Below are positions 18,625 through 25,849 of a DNA stretch of 26,148 nucleotides, piece after piece. The position numbers and the translations under genes were made by a program. The notes under the pieces are model-generated. The model was not told where the DNA came from. It searched no databases and saw nothing but the letters and a program-made list of their open reading frames with translations. This DNA comes from a virus (Duplodnaviria > Caudoviricetes). Positions within the stretch are counted from its first letter, which is position 1, and each line of letters opens with the position of its first letter. The stretch is taken from positions 1 through 26,148 of IMG/VR virus record IMGVR_UViG_3300032260_000023. One strand, 5' to 3'.

Positions 18625-20066
18625 TGCCAACCAAACTAGAACTGCTTGCAGAAGCGCATGGAAGAGGATTGCTTCCTCCAGATAAAGCGGCCGCTTTTGA
18701 GGAATACCAGCGCAGGCAAGGCGGTCAAATAGAAGCGGATGTTCCACGTGAAACAAAGCCTGAGGCGCAAGATTTTTCTTTTGTTGAGATGCTTAAGAAT
18801 ATCCCTGAAAGCGCATCTAATATTGTCGGCGGCACTGTTGAAGCGCTTATGGAGCCAGGACAAACTGCTGAGGCTTTAGGGCGGCTCGGGAAGGGCGCTG
18901 TAGATAAAAGTTTCAGGCTTCTATCAGAAGAAGCGGCAAGGATGACGCAGGAAGGCGGAAGACCTGAGCTTGCAGAGCGGCTTGCTGTAGAGAGAACGCC
19001 AGACGAGGCGACAGTAGAGGCTGTTGGTCAGGCTATCATGGATAGGTATGGATCTATGGAGGCATTCCAGAAAACAGTGCAGGAAGACCCTGTAGGAGCG
19101 CTGATGGACTTGTCAGGAGCCGGGATGGCTGCGGGTGGGGCTGCTCGGGTTCCAGCGTTGACCAAGGCGGCAGCGGCTATTGATCCGTTTAACTTGGCGA
19201 CAAAAGGAACAAAGGTTGCTGCTGGTAAGGCAATACCCAAAGACATGCCAACAGGAATGATGGAGAGCGCTGCAAAGTTTGGCACGACCGTTGATCCAGC
19301 TAAGCGCAAAAGATTAGCTAGAACCATGCTAGAGGAGAAAATAGGGCCAACGGCAAAAGGAGTTGAAAAAAGGTCTGCGCTTGTTAACACGCTAAACAAT
19401 GAGATTGACACCCTTATAGATACAGCAGAAACAGCAGGGAAGTCAGTTCCTGTGGATACGGTATTTAGGCACTTTAAGTCTCTAAGGCAGAAAGTTGGAG
19501 GCCCAAAAATAGAGGGGGCTAGGGATCTTCGCATAGTTAATAAGGTTGCAAAAGATTTCAAGCAGCATCTTGAAAAAACAGGTAAAACGAGTTTTACCCC
19601 GTCTGAATTACAGGAATTTAAAAAAGACCTATGGCAAAGGGTGGATTTTGAGAGAGGTCAAGGCAGGGCGGTTAAAGCTAAAGAGGAGTCTTTTTACGCT
19701 GCTGGTAGAGGTGCGAAAGAAGGAATTGAAGAGATGGTTCCTGAAGTTGGCCCTGTTAACCTAAGGGAAGGCAGGCTTCTAGAGCTTAGAAAGCCATTAG
19801 AAAGGGCGGCATCAAGGATTGAAAACAGGGATCTTATAGGGTTAAGTGCTCCTGCAAAGATTGGCGGCGGAACCGTAGTGGGTGGGCCAGCAGGTACGGC
19901 AGTTGGCACCCTTGCGGCCCTATTGGATGCACCAAAGATAAAGGCATTAACTGCGCAGGGGTTACATAATGTACAGCAAACTAAACTGGCTGAGTTGCTG
20001 AATGCCAATGTGCCAATGACAGTGGCAAGACAGATCGCCATGCAGTACGGTCGAGAGAATCAGTAA
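18624..20066 (+). CDS. putative DNA ejection (internal virion) protein
   Basis: A/G-rich helical protein, TAATG-coupled, located before the tail fibre gene. Confidence 0.7.
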   Translation: MPTKLELLAEAHGRGLLPPDKAAAFEEYQRRQGGQIEADVPRETKPEAQDFSFVEMLKNIPESASNIVGGTVEALMEPGQTAEALGRLGKGAVDKSFRLLSEEAARMTQEGGRPELAERLAVERTPDEATVEAVGQAIMDRYGSMEAFQKTVQEDPVGALMDLSGAGMAAGGAARVPALTKAAAAIDPFNLATKGTKVAAGKAIPKDMPTGMMESAAKFGTTVDPAKRKRLARTMLEEKIGPTAKGVEKRSALVNTLNNEIDTLIDTAETAGKSVPVDTVFRHFKSLRQKVGGPKIEGARDLRIVNKVAKDFKQHLEKTGKTSFTPSELQEFKKDLWQRVDFERGQGRAVKAKEESFYAAGRGAKEGIEEMVPEVGPVNLREGRLLELRKPLERAASRIENRDLIGLSAPAKIGGGTVVGGPAGTAVGTLAALLDAPKIKALTAQGLHNVQQTKLAELLNANVPMTVARQIAMQYGRENQ

Positions 20067-20137
20067 AATATATTTACTATGCCGTTGATGGCTAAGTAAA
20101 TCAGATAACCGATAACAGCGGTAGTGAGTAGTTCCAT
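20060..20137 (-). CDS. 25-aa single-TM antisense peptide MELLTTAVIGYLIYLAINGIVNIFY
   Basis: Manually translated; fills the intergenic gap; extended -10 (TGcTATTAT) lies 6 nt before ATG. Confidence 0.45.
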   Translation of the reverse strand: MELLTTAVIGYLIYLAINGIVNIFY

Positions 20138-20151
20138 AGTTGAATAATAGC

Positions 20152-20165
20152 ACGTCGTGAGGCGT
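20152..20165 (+). promoter_or_regulatory. GUGA-tetraloop hairpin upstream of tail fibre gene
   Basis: ACGTC-GTGA-GGCGT immediately 5' of the RBS GAGGTG. Confidence 0.45.
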
Positions 20166-20177
20166 TAGAGGTGAAAG

Positions 20178-21446
20178 ATGTCTTGGAATGGGTCAGGAGT
20201 ATTTAACAGGATTTATAACTGGGTAGCAGACCGCGATGCTAATATTGATATTACTGCCTCTAGGTTTGACGCTGAGAACGATGATTTTGCTTCCGGTATT
20301 CAGGCATGTCTTGCGAAAAATGGAGAGAACTCACCCACTGCTGATCTTCCAATGAACAGCAAAAAACATACGGATGTTGATGATGCCACTGCCAGAAATC
20401 AATACTCAGCCGTAGGTCAAGTGCAGGATGGTGAATTTAATTACGCTACTGATACAGGGGCAGCGGATGCTTATGCTATATCTCCAACGCCGGTTATAAC
20501 TGCGTATGTTGCTGGGCAGGAATTTAGTTATATAGCCACCAACGCAAGTACTGGTTCTTCAACGCTGTCCGTGTCGGGATTACCTGCTAAAGCGCAAAAG
20601 AAAAATGGCAATGCCGATGATACTGTAGCTAATGATATTAAGACCAATGATCTAATAACGGTCAAATATGATGGAACTGTATTCCAGATAACAGATAAAA
20701 AAAGGCTTAGCCCTGGAGAGGTTGATACAACCGAGTTATCTGATAATGCAGTAACAGAGGATAAGCTAGCAACAGCACTGGTTCATTTGGCGAAAGTTGG
20801 CGTTGAAGGTTCAGCGGTTGCCTCTGCGAGTACGATTGATCTTGACGCTGCTACTGGTGAATTTGTCCACATTACCGGAACTACAACCATAACAGCCATT
20901 ACGTTGGCTCAAGGCATAGAAAGAACGGTTGTATTTGATGGTATTTTAACACTAAGCAATGGGGCGGGCTTAATCCTTAAGAGCGGTGCAAATATCACTA
21001 CAGCAGCTGGTGACACTGCCACTTTTAGAGGAGAAGGAAGTAGCGTAACCAGATGCACAGGATATGATAGAGCTGACGGAAAAGCACTAGTTACATCAGC
21101 ACCGTTCTCCGACTCTTATACTAGCACTGAAATCACTATCTCTGCTGCTGGAAACGTGACTCCATCTCACGGGCTCTCATCACAGCCAACTCTTGTTCAG
21201 GCACGAGTTGTGTGTAAAACAGCAGAATATAACTACTCTATTGGGGATGAGGTTGTGATTAACCCTACAGGAATGGCACAGGCCTCTGCTGATGGCAGAG
21301 GGTTGGTGATTGTGCCAACAGCAAGTACGCTGTACATTCAGTTTGCTAGCTCATCGCAACCAATAGAAATTTTAAACAAAACTACCGGCGTACCAGAGTT
21401 TATTACTAATGCAAATTGGAAGCTTGTTGTGAGGGCGTGGGTATAA
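20178..21446 (+). CDS. tail fibre / tailspike protein
   Basis: MSWNGSGVF podoviral attachment N-terminus, GAADAY, ASASTIDL and HITGTTTITAI fibre motifs; last gene of the late operon. Confidence 0.8.
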   Translation: MSWNGSGVFNRIYNWVADRDANIDITASRFDAENDDFASGIQACLAKNGENSPTADLPMNSKKHTDVDDATARNQYSAVGQVQDGEFNYATDTGAADAYAISPTPVITAYVAGQEFSYIATNASTGSSTLSVSGLPAKAQKKNGNADDTVANDIKTNDLITVKYDGTVFQITDKKRLSPGEVDTTELSDNAVTEDKLATALVHLAKVGVEGSAVASASTIDLDAATGEFVHITGTTTITAITLAQGIERTVVFDGILTLSNGAGLILKSGANITTAAGDTATFRGEGSSVTRCTGYDRADGKALVTSAPFSDSYTSTEITISAAGNVTPSHGLSSQPTLVQARVVCKTAEYNYSIGDEVVINPTGMAQASADGRGLVIVPTASTLYIQFASSSQPIEILNKTTGVPEFITNANWKLVVRAWV

Positions 21447-21498
21447 TCTATCATCCAACCCGTTAGGATTTAGGCTGCATAGTTATGTCTAGCCCTTG

Positions 21499-21708
21499 TT
21501 ATGTGCCTAGCCACGGCGCAATTGTTACAGCCTGTCTTGCTGGGTCAAATCTCTTATCATCGCGCAAGCAAACTGGAATAATCTTTCCATCAGGGTAGCC
21601 ACAGCCAAAGCATGCCTGTGTTGTTGCATGTCCATGTCTACAGTGATGACCACCAGCGCTATTGGATATCAACCCGCTACACCAGTCTTCTTTTTTAAGA
21701 TTATTCAT
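21499..21708 (-). CDS. cassette C1 ORF, Cys/His-rich hypothetical protein
   Basis: 69 aa; HHCRHGH and CFGC; stop TAA is the TTA of GTTATGT (21498). Confidence 0.7.
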   Translation of the reverse strand: MNNLKKEDWCSGLISNSAGGHHCRHGHATTQACFGCGYPDGKIIPVCLRDDKRFDPARQAVTIAPWLGT

Positions 21709-21721
21709 AATTTACCCCGTC

Positions 21722-21808
21722 ACATAACAAAGCCAATCAAGCGGAGCGCCTAAAGCTTTGCGGTTTATTTATAGTTGGTAGCGCGCCAGCTTATTGGCAA
21801 CGTTAGGT
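21722..21808 (+). repeat. attC-like site 1 (87 bp)
   Basis: R'' ACATAAC; GCCAATCAAGC pairs with GCTTATTGGC with one extra C; R' GTTAGGT. Confidence 0.9.
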
Positions 21809-22006
21809 GGCAGGCTTAGCGTCGCTGTCAATTTCAGGTTTTAGGCAGTTAACAGTAACAACAACGCTGTAGCCATTTTCTATTATTTTGTAATCCAAGT
21901 TCGCCTCCTTGCATTTTTTTACAGATTCAACTTGCTCATCTACTGATAAAGAGCAGCCACCTAACAAAAACATCAAGCTGACAGTCAGGGTCGTTACTTT
22001 TTTCAT
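21803..22006 (-). CDS. cassette C2 ORF, predicted small lipoprotein
   Basis: MKK + hydrophobic core + LGGC lipobox (Cys18); starts inside attC2 and stops in the R' box at 21802. Confidence 0.8.
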   Translation of the reverse strand: MKKVTTLTVSLMFLLGGCSLSVDEQVESVKKCKEANLDYKIIENGYSVVVTVNCLKPEIDSDAKPAT

Positions 22007-22069
22007 AATCCTAGTTTCCTATAGTTTGTTCTGGCTGCATCAGTAGCAGCTTATGTAATTCCGTTACAC
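21959..22069 (+). repeat. attC-like site 2 (111 bp)
   Basis: R'' ACCTAAC; ACATCAAGCTG pairs with CAGCTTATGT with extra C; R' GTTACAC. Confidence 0.88.
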
Positions 22070-22132
22070 ATACGGCCTAACGCCATGCTCTCTTAAAATG
22101 GCTCTGTATCGTTTGATCTCTGACTCAATCAT
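22064..22132 (-). CDS. 22-aa ORF MIESEIKRYRAILREHGVRPYV
   Basis: Manually translated; ATG overlaps the end of the YbcO-like gene; stop TAA in the R' box at 22063. Confidence 0.35.
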   Translation of the reverse strand: MIESEIKRYRAILREHGVRPYV

Positions 22133-22424
22133 CGCTTGCGCGCCTGATATTAGTTAGCATTATCCAGTGCAAAAACTCTTCACTCCTTTCAGTGCTTTTG
22201 CTCCCGCCCACCCACATCTGGTATTTAGCTTCAGAGAATAGCTCATCACATGCCTGACAAAATTCTGCCGTTGCTATATCCGTGCATTTTATGCCTCGCC
22301 CTTTGCCGTAAGAATGCGATCTAAATCCGTTGTAATGGCACGGCCTTGTCTCTCCATCCCTTCCGCATCTAATGCAGCCGCGGTGCCTTGCTTTATCTAA
22401 CTCTTTTCTGTCTCTATTCTTCAT
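22125..22424 (-). CDS. YbcO/DUF1364-like zinc-binding nin-region protein
   Basis: CIRC...CH...GKGRGIKCTD...CQAC pattern; ATGA-coupled start at 22424. Confidence 0.7.
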   Translation of the reverse strand: MKNRDRKELDKARHRGCIRCGRDGETRPCHYNGFRSHSYGKGRGIKCTDIATAEFCQACDELFSEAKYQMWVGGSKSTERSEEFLHWIMLTNIRRASDD

Positions 22425-22825
22425 AGGCCAAAGCACAGCATAGCTGCGTCTCGTGTATGCTCATTAGAGCCACCCTCCCACCCTGTTATTTGCTTAAATA
22501 CATTAGCCTTAACCTTACCCTTCGGAGGCTGCGTGATGACCTTATAACCCATATCCATAAGCATAGCTGACATTAACTCAGCCTCTCGGCATACTCTTCC
22601 TATGTTATGTGCGGTTGTCCCAGATTTGTCTTTGTGCCAGTTTGCCTTAGTCCGTGGCACCTCCACGACGCAAGCAAACACATCGTCAGGGGCCACGCTG
22701 GTTTTTATTAAATTCAGCGCGGACACGAAGTTTTCATTGGATAGCGCGATCAGCTTTTTTGACTGCCTGTCGTAGATTGCCACCCCTGTTGATTTACCCG
22801 GATCAATGCCGATAGTGAATTTCAT
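22421..22825 (-). CDS. RuvC-like (RNase H fold) putative Holliday junction resolvase
   Basis: IGIDPGKSTGVA, VVEVP and NEHTRDAAM catalytic acidic residues. Confidence 0.75.
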   Translation of the reverse strand: MKFTIGIDPGKSTGVAIYDRQSKKLIALSNENFVSALNLIKTSVAPDDVFACVVEVPRTKANWHKDKSGTTAHNIGRVCREAELMSAMLMDMGYKVITQPPKGKVKANVFKQITGWEGGSNEHTRDAAMLCFGL

Positions 22826-23289
22826 TTGTAGTATTTCCTGAATTTATCCAAAATAGGCAGCGGCTCACCTATTGATTGATAATGAGACTCTATGGCATTC
22901 ATGTAAGCTTTCATCTGATTCAGCGTAGCCCAAGATAGAGAGATGCGTTTTGCATGCTGCTCCAGCTTGTCATGCTGCCTGGTTTCTTGGTATATGGCCA
23001 GAAGCTCCACCCATTGCTCCTGTAACGGTGTCTGCGGGGAGGTAACATAAATCCTGGCTAAGAACTTAGCTTTAAGCATTCTATGCAGGTAGTCCTCGCT
23101 CTCGCCCTGTTCAGCTAAATGCTTTATCCAGCACCCAAATAACCCTCCAAGCTGTGCAAGCGTTTTGGCTACAGCTATTTTCCTGAGAATCACCTCATAT
23201 GTGCCGTTTAGATCATGGGATCTAATATCAGTAATGGCTCTTTGCAATGAGCCTGAGTGAGATAAAACATATCTGCTTGAGTCATCCAT
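22822..23289 (-). CDS. NinB/YbcN-like recombination protein
   Basis: KTLAQLGGLFGCW resembles RSLxQNxxxxxW; C-terminal QMKAYMNAIE...IGEPLP; probable start at 23289 (TGATG coupling) rather than 23340. Confidence 0.65.
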   Translation of the reverse strand: MDDSSRYVLSHSGSLQRAITDIRSHDLNGTYEVILRKIAVAKTLAQLGGLFGCWIKHLAEQGESEDYLHRMLKAKFLARIYVTSPQTPLQEQWVELLAIYQETRQHDKLEQHAKRISLSWATLNQMKAYMNAIESHYQSIGEPLPILDKFRKYYK

Positions 23290-23375
23290 CAGAACCCTCC
23301 AGCAGAACCAGAATACAAAACCAACAAGAAATATACACACCCAGCCTGTAGTGCCTTAGCTAAACAATGGGTCAT
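23289..23375 (-). CDS. 28-aa peptide MTHCLAKALQAGCVYFLLVLYSGSAGGF
   Basis: Strong SD AAGGAGG (complement of 23384-23390); its TGA overlaps the ATG of the NinB-like gene. Confidence 0.5.
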   Translation of the reverse strand: MTHCLAKALQAGCVYFLLVLYSGSAGGF

Positions 23376-23430
23376 TGATAATTCCTCCTTAATACTTGAC
23401 CGCTTCATTTGTGGTGCCGAATATCATGTG

Positions 23431-23754
23431 TTATGCATCATACCGCTTAGTCATTTCAGAAACGGTTTTGCAAGCAACACAGTCAGACATAAATCCAACA
23501 CCACCGTGCTTTTTGCAGAGATTAATAGCCTTATCTCCGTCAAAGCTCAATAGGTCTAGCAGCATGCCAATATCAGCAGCAAGCGTATTTAACTCATTAG
23601 CAACTTCAATCACTTTCATCGCGGTGCCGTTTTTGTGGATGATTGTGGCATCACCAAAATATCCCTGCTTAATGGTATAAACAGGCATAACAAGGTTGTT
23701 CAACGCAGATTCGCTGCTGTGGTGCTTGGTTTTGGTATCTGTGTTCTGTTCCAT
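23431..23754 (-). CDS. cassette C3 ORF, hypothetical (C-terminal CKKH...CVAC)
   Basis: GGAG RBS and ATG inside attC3; stop in GTTATGC at 23430. Confidence 0.75.
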   Translation of the reverse strand: MEQNTDTKTKHHSSESALNNLVMPVYTIKQGYFGDATIIHKNGTAMKVIEVANELNTLAADIGMLLDLLSFDGDKAINLCKKHGGVGFMSDCVACKTVSEMTKRYDA

Positions 23755-23807
23755 TTTATAGTCTCCAGCGGTTTAAACCCGCTCTCTGGTTAACAACGAT
23801 GTTAGCC
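23685..23807 (+). repeat. attC-like site 3 (123 bp)
   Basis: R'' GCATAAC; GTTGTTCAAC pairs with GTTAACAAC with extra C; R' GTTAGCC. Confidence 0.88.
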
Positions 23808-23811
23808 GTCA

Positions 23812-24123
23812 CTAAATACGCTGAGCCTCCGCTGTTTTTATGGCGTTCTGTTTTGCTTTATTTCGCTCTTTTTCGTCAGCCTCGTCATGCAGATTGTCGA
23901 TAACTTTTGCAGCTTTGCGGATATTATCAGCAGAATTTCCGAATCGTTGAGCCATATTGTATTCCTTGGCAGTTGCTGCAAGTTCTGCAATTTCATCAAA
24001 CTTTCCAGCCACTATTTTAAGCATCTGGCTCCAGTCTGTCTCATCACGGCTAACAAAATTATTCAACGCGGACTTATCACCGTCAGCGGCGGGTTTTACA
24101 TCAGTATTTTTGTTCATAATCAT
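23812..24123 (-). CDS. cassette C4 ORF, helical hypothetical protein
   Basis: AAGGA RBS and ATG inside attC4; TAG stop 10 nt inside the cassette end. Confidence 0.75.
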   Translation of the reverse strand: MIMNKNTDVKPAADGDKSALNNFVSRDETDWSQMLKIVAGKFDEIAELAATAKEYNMAQRFGNSADNIRKAAKVIDNLHDEADEKERNKAKQNAIKTAEAQRI

Positions 24124-24169
24124 CTGTCCTTAAAGTTCAGTTTCAAGCCGGTTAATAAAATCGTTAGTC
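24048..24169 (+). repeat. attC-like site 4 (122 bp)
   Basis: R'' GGCTAAC; TTATTCAAC pairs with GTTAATAA with extra C; R' GTTAGTC. Confidence 0.88.
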
Positions 24170-24406
24170 TGCGCTAGCAGCTTTGCAGTTCTCTGCTCTG
24201 TTCACAATCCTCCAGGTTTCAAGGATCTGAAATTGCATATAAGCCAAATGCTCAAGCATCTCTGATTTTCCTTTCTGACCGTGCATCCTTAGATACTCTA
24301 GTAGCTCCTCTTGCTGAAACAGTCCGTCAGGCTCACCAACATGGTACATTCCAGTGTCGTCATCGGTTACAACGGTTACTGTAGCCATCTGTTTTCTTTC
24401 TGGCAT
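24164..24406 (-). CDS. cassette C5 ORF, hypothetical
   Basis: Own RBS (GGAGTGAG) in the cassette body; stop in R' at 24163. Confidence 0.75.
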   Translation of the reverse strand: MPERKQMATVTVVTDDDTGMYHVGEPDGLFQQEELLEYLRMHGQKGKSEMLEHLAYMQFQILETWRIVNRAENCKAASAD

Positions 24407-24433
24407 TTCATCTCACTCCGTAGCAGGGGCGCA

Positions 24434-24523
24434 CACTAACAAAGCAAATCCAGCGGATGCCGATAGTCGTGCGCGTTTTAGTCAATTACCGTGCTAGGCA
24501 CAGCTGATTATGCAACGTTAGGT
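24434..24523 (+). repeat. attC-like site 5 (90 bp)
   Basis: R'' CACTAAC; AATCCAGC pairs with GCTGATT with extra C; R' GTTAGGT. Confidence 0.88.
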
Positions 24524-24934
24524 GGCAAAATCGAAGCGCCAGCATGGGTAGCCATTTGAAACATTGCAATATTCCATCACCAGTATTAACTTTAGGTTTT
24601 GGTCATCAACCCAATCACGTAGAAAAGCCTCTATTTTTTCAGGCTCTCGGTTGTTCCAATATTGCCCTTTATTGCCAAAGTGTTTTTGGCATAGCTCATC
24701 ATGTTTGGCAAAATCCCACTGAAGAAGGCGGTCACTATAAATTGTGGAGGTTGCCTCATTATTCTTGCCGCCGCGCCACTGAACAAACCCATCGTAACTG
24801 TAAGGGTGCGTTTGCTTTGTTCGCTTTACGGGTTTGTCGTGCTCATCAACCTTGCCACATAACAAAGCAAATCCAGCTGACCCGCTACTGTGGTGGTTGT
24901 AATCAGTTTCAAACAGAGTATTTAGGTTATTCAT
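24518..24934 (-). CDS. cassette C6 ORF, aromatic-rich hypothetical protein
   Basis: HPYSYD, YSDRLLQWD and GYPCWRF motifs; ATG and AGGA inside attC6; stop in R' at 24517. Confidence 0.8.
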   Translation of the reverse strand: MNNLNTLFETDYNHHSSGSAGFALLCGKVDEHDKPVKRTKQTHPYSYDGFVQWRGGKNNEATSTIYSDRLLQWDFAKHDELCQKHFGNKGQYWNNREPEKIEAFLRDWVDDQNLKLILVMEYCNVSNGYPCWRFDFAT

Positions 24935-24987
24935 ATCGTTTAGTCCTGTGGTTGTGTCTCGCGGTCATCTGATTTACAACGTTATAA
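24857..24987 (+). repeat. attC-like site 6 (131 bp)
   Basis: R'' ACATAAC; AAATCCAG-c-TGACC pairs with GGTCA-t-CTGATTT with extra C; R' GTTATAA. Confidence 0.88.
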
Positions 24988-25404
24988 CGCACGTAGAAAG
25001 TCCTTCACGGCCTTCTGGTTTTCGGTTTCGTTGTCATCATAACCTCCGCAATAAAAACAGAACTTATTGCTCTTTAAATACTCCAGGGTGGCATCCTGTG
25101 GGTCATATTGGCCTTCAAAGCCATAGCATGAACAATGACTACCGCTAAATTCACAGTATTCTTTTGTGTCCTTGTGCTGCAATAGAAAATAAGATGAAGA
25201 ATCACAACCCCAGCTACCTACTGATTCATAGGCAATAACCACATCGTAGCCCTCTAATATTTCAGCAAGCTCTTTTGTATCCTTTTCTGAAATATCGCCA
25301 CCACTCCAGCCTTCACCCTGGGTTCCAGCGTACTCTGAAGCAATGTGAGCCTTAACCCCTGCTTCATCTAATTCTTTCAAGTCCTCTAAAAACAGTTGTT
25401 TCAT
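24982..25404 (-). CDS. cassette C7 ORF, acidic hypothetical protein with GSHCSCYG motif
   Basis: Own GGAG RBS; stop in R' at 24981. Confidence 0.8.
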   Translation of the reverse strand: MKQLFLEDLKELDEAGVKAHIASEYAGTQGEGWSGGDISEKDTKELAEILEGYDVVIAYESVGSWGCDSSSYFLLQHKDTKEYCEFSGSHCSCYGFEGQYDPQDATLEYLKSNKFCFYCGGYDDNETENQKAVKDFLRAL

Positions 25405-25425
25405 CGTAGTTCTCCGTTGGTGCTG

Positions 25426-25495
25426 TTATAACAAAACGCTCTAGCAGACATTCGCTGCGCTGCGCTTGCTCATGCATGTGAGCTAAGTGTTAGTT
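25426..25495 (+). repeat. attC-like site 7 (70 bp, 59-be-like)
   Basis: R'' TTATAAC, GCTCTAGC...TGAGC arms (imperfect), CGCTGCGCT centre, R' GTTAGTT. Confidence 0.8.
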
Positions 25496-25786
25496 GTCTT
25501 CAACGATAACTATGCCACCCTTAATCAGAACTTTTTTATTCTTGCTTCCAAGCCACAAAGTTACGGTGTCCACCCTCTGCTCATCTACCACCATAGAACT
25601 ATCCGTGATGGTTTTTAGTAGCTTTCCGTTAAGCTCGGTATACACATAAGCTGTTCTTTCTGTTCCAGTAACATCTGCTTTTATGTTATACGTTCCGCGT
25701 TGAGCATTCTCGCATCCGACAACTAACAAGCAGGTCAAGCAGACTGCTAACAGCGGTGCTTTTTTGGAGTTTAATAGTGTTTTCAC
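25490..25786 (-). CDS. cassette C8 ORF, predicted lipoprotein
   Basis: GTG start and GAGGA RBS inside attC8; basic N-region, hydrophobic core, VVGC lipobox-like motif (Cys25); stop in R' at 25489. Confidence 0.8.
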   Translation of the reverse strand: MKTLLNSKKAPLLAVCLTCLLVVGCENAQRGTYNIKADVTGTERTAYVYTELNGKLLKTITDSSMVVDEQRVDTVTLWLGSKNKKVLIKGGIVIVEDN

Positions 25787-25849
25787 GGTTAAGTCCTCTT
25801 AATTAAATTTGTGCCACGTTTCCGCAGCTCCTTACCTTTATCGTTATCT
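25721..25849 (+). repeat. attC-like site 8 (129 bp)
   Basis: R'' AACTAAC; AGGTCAAG pairs with CTTACCT with extra C; R' GTTATCT. Confidence 0.88.

Larger units (their letters stand above)
21499..22063 (+). mobile_element. attC cassette array 1 (CALIN-like): cassettes C1 21499-21802 and C2 21803-22063
   Basis: Two units bounded by G|TT crossovers, each with self-complementary ends. Confidence 0.85.

Noticed and set aside
569-20153. Numerous short antisense or overlapping ORFs inside structural genes
   Set aside because: Shadow frames of long, well-coupled + strand genes, without RBS or motifs.
20110-20170. CGATAAC...GTTAGAG as another attC
   Set aside because: No L''/L' pairing with an extra C and no cognate cassette end.
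22075-22101. GCCTAAC as the start of an additional attC
   Set aside because: No L'' arm or downstream R' at a suitable distance; it lies within a short ORF.
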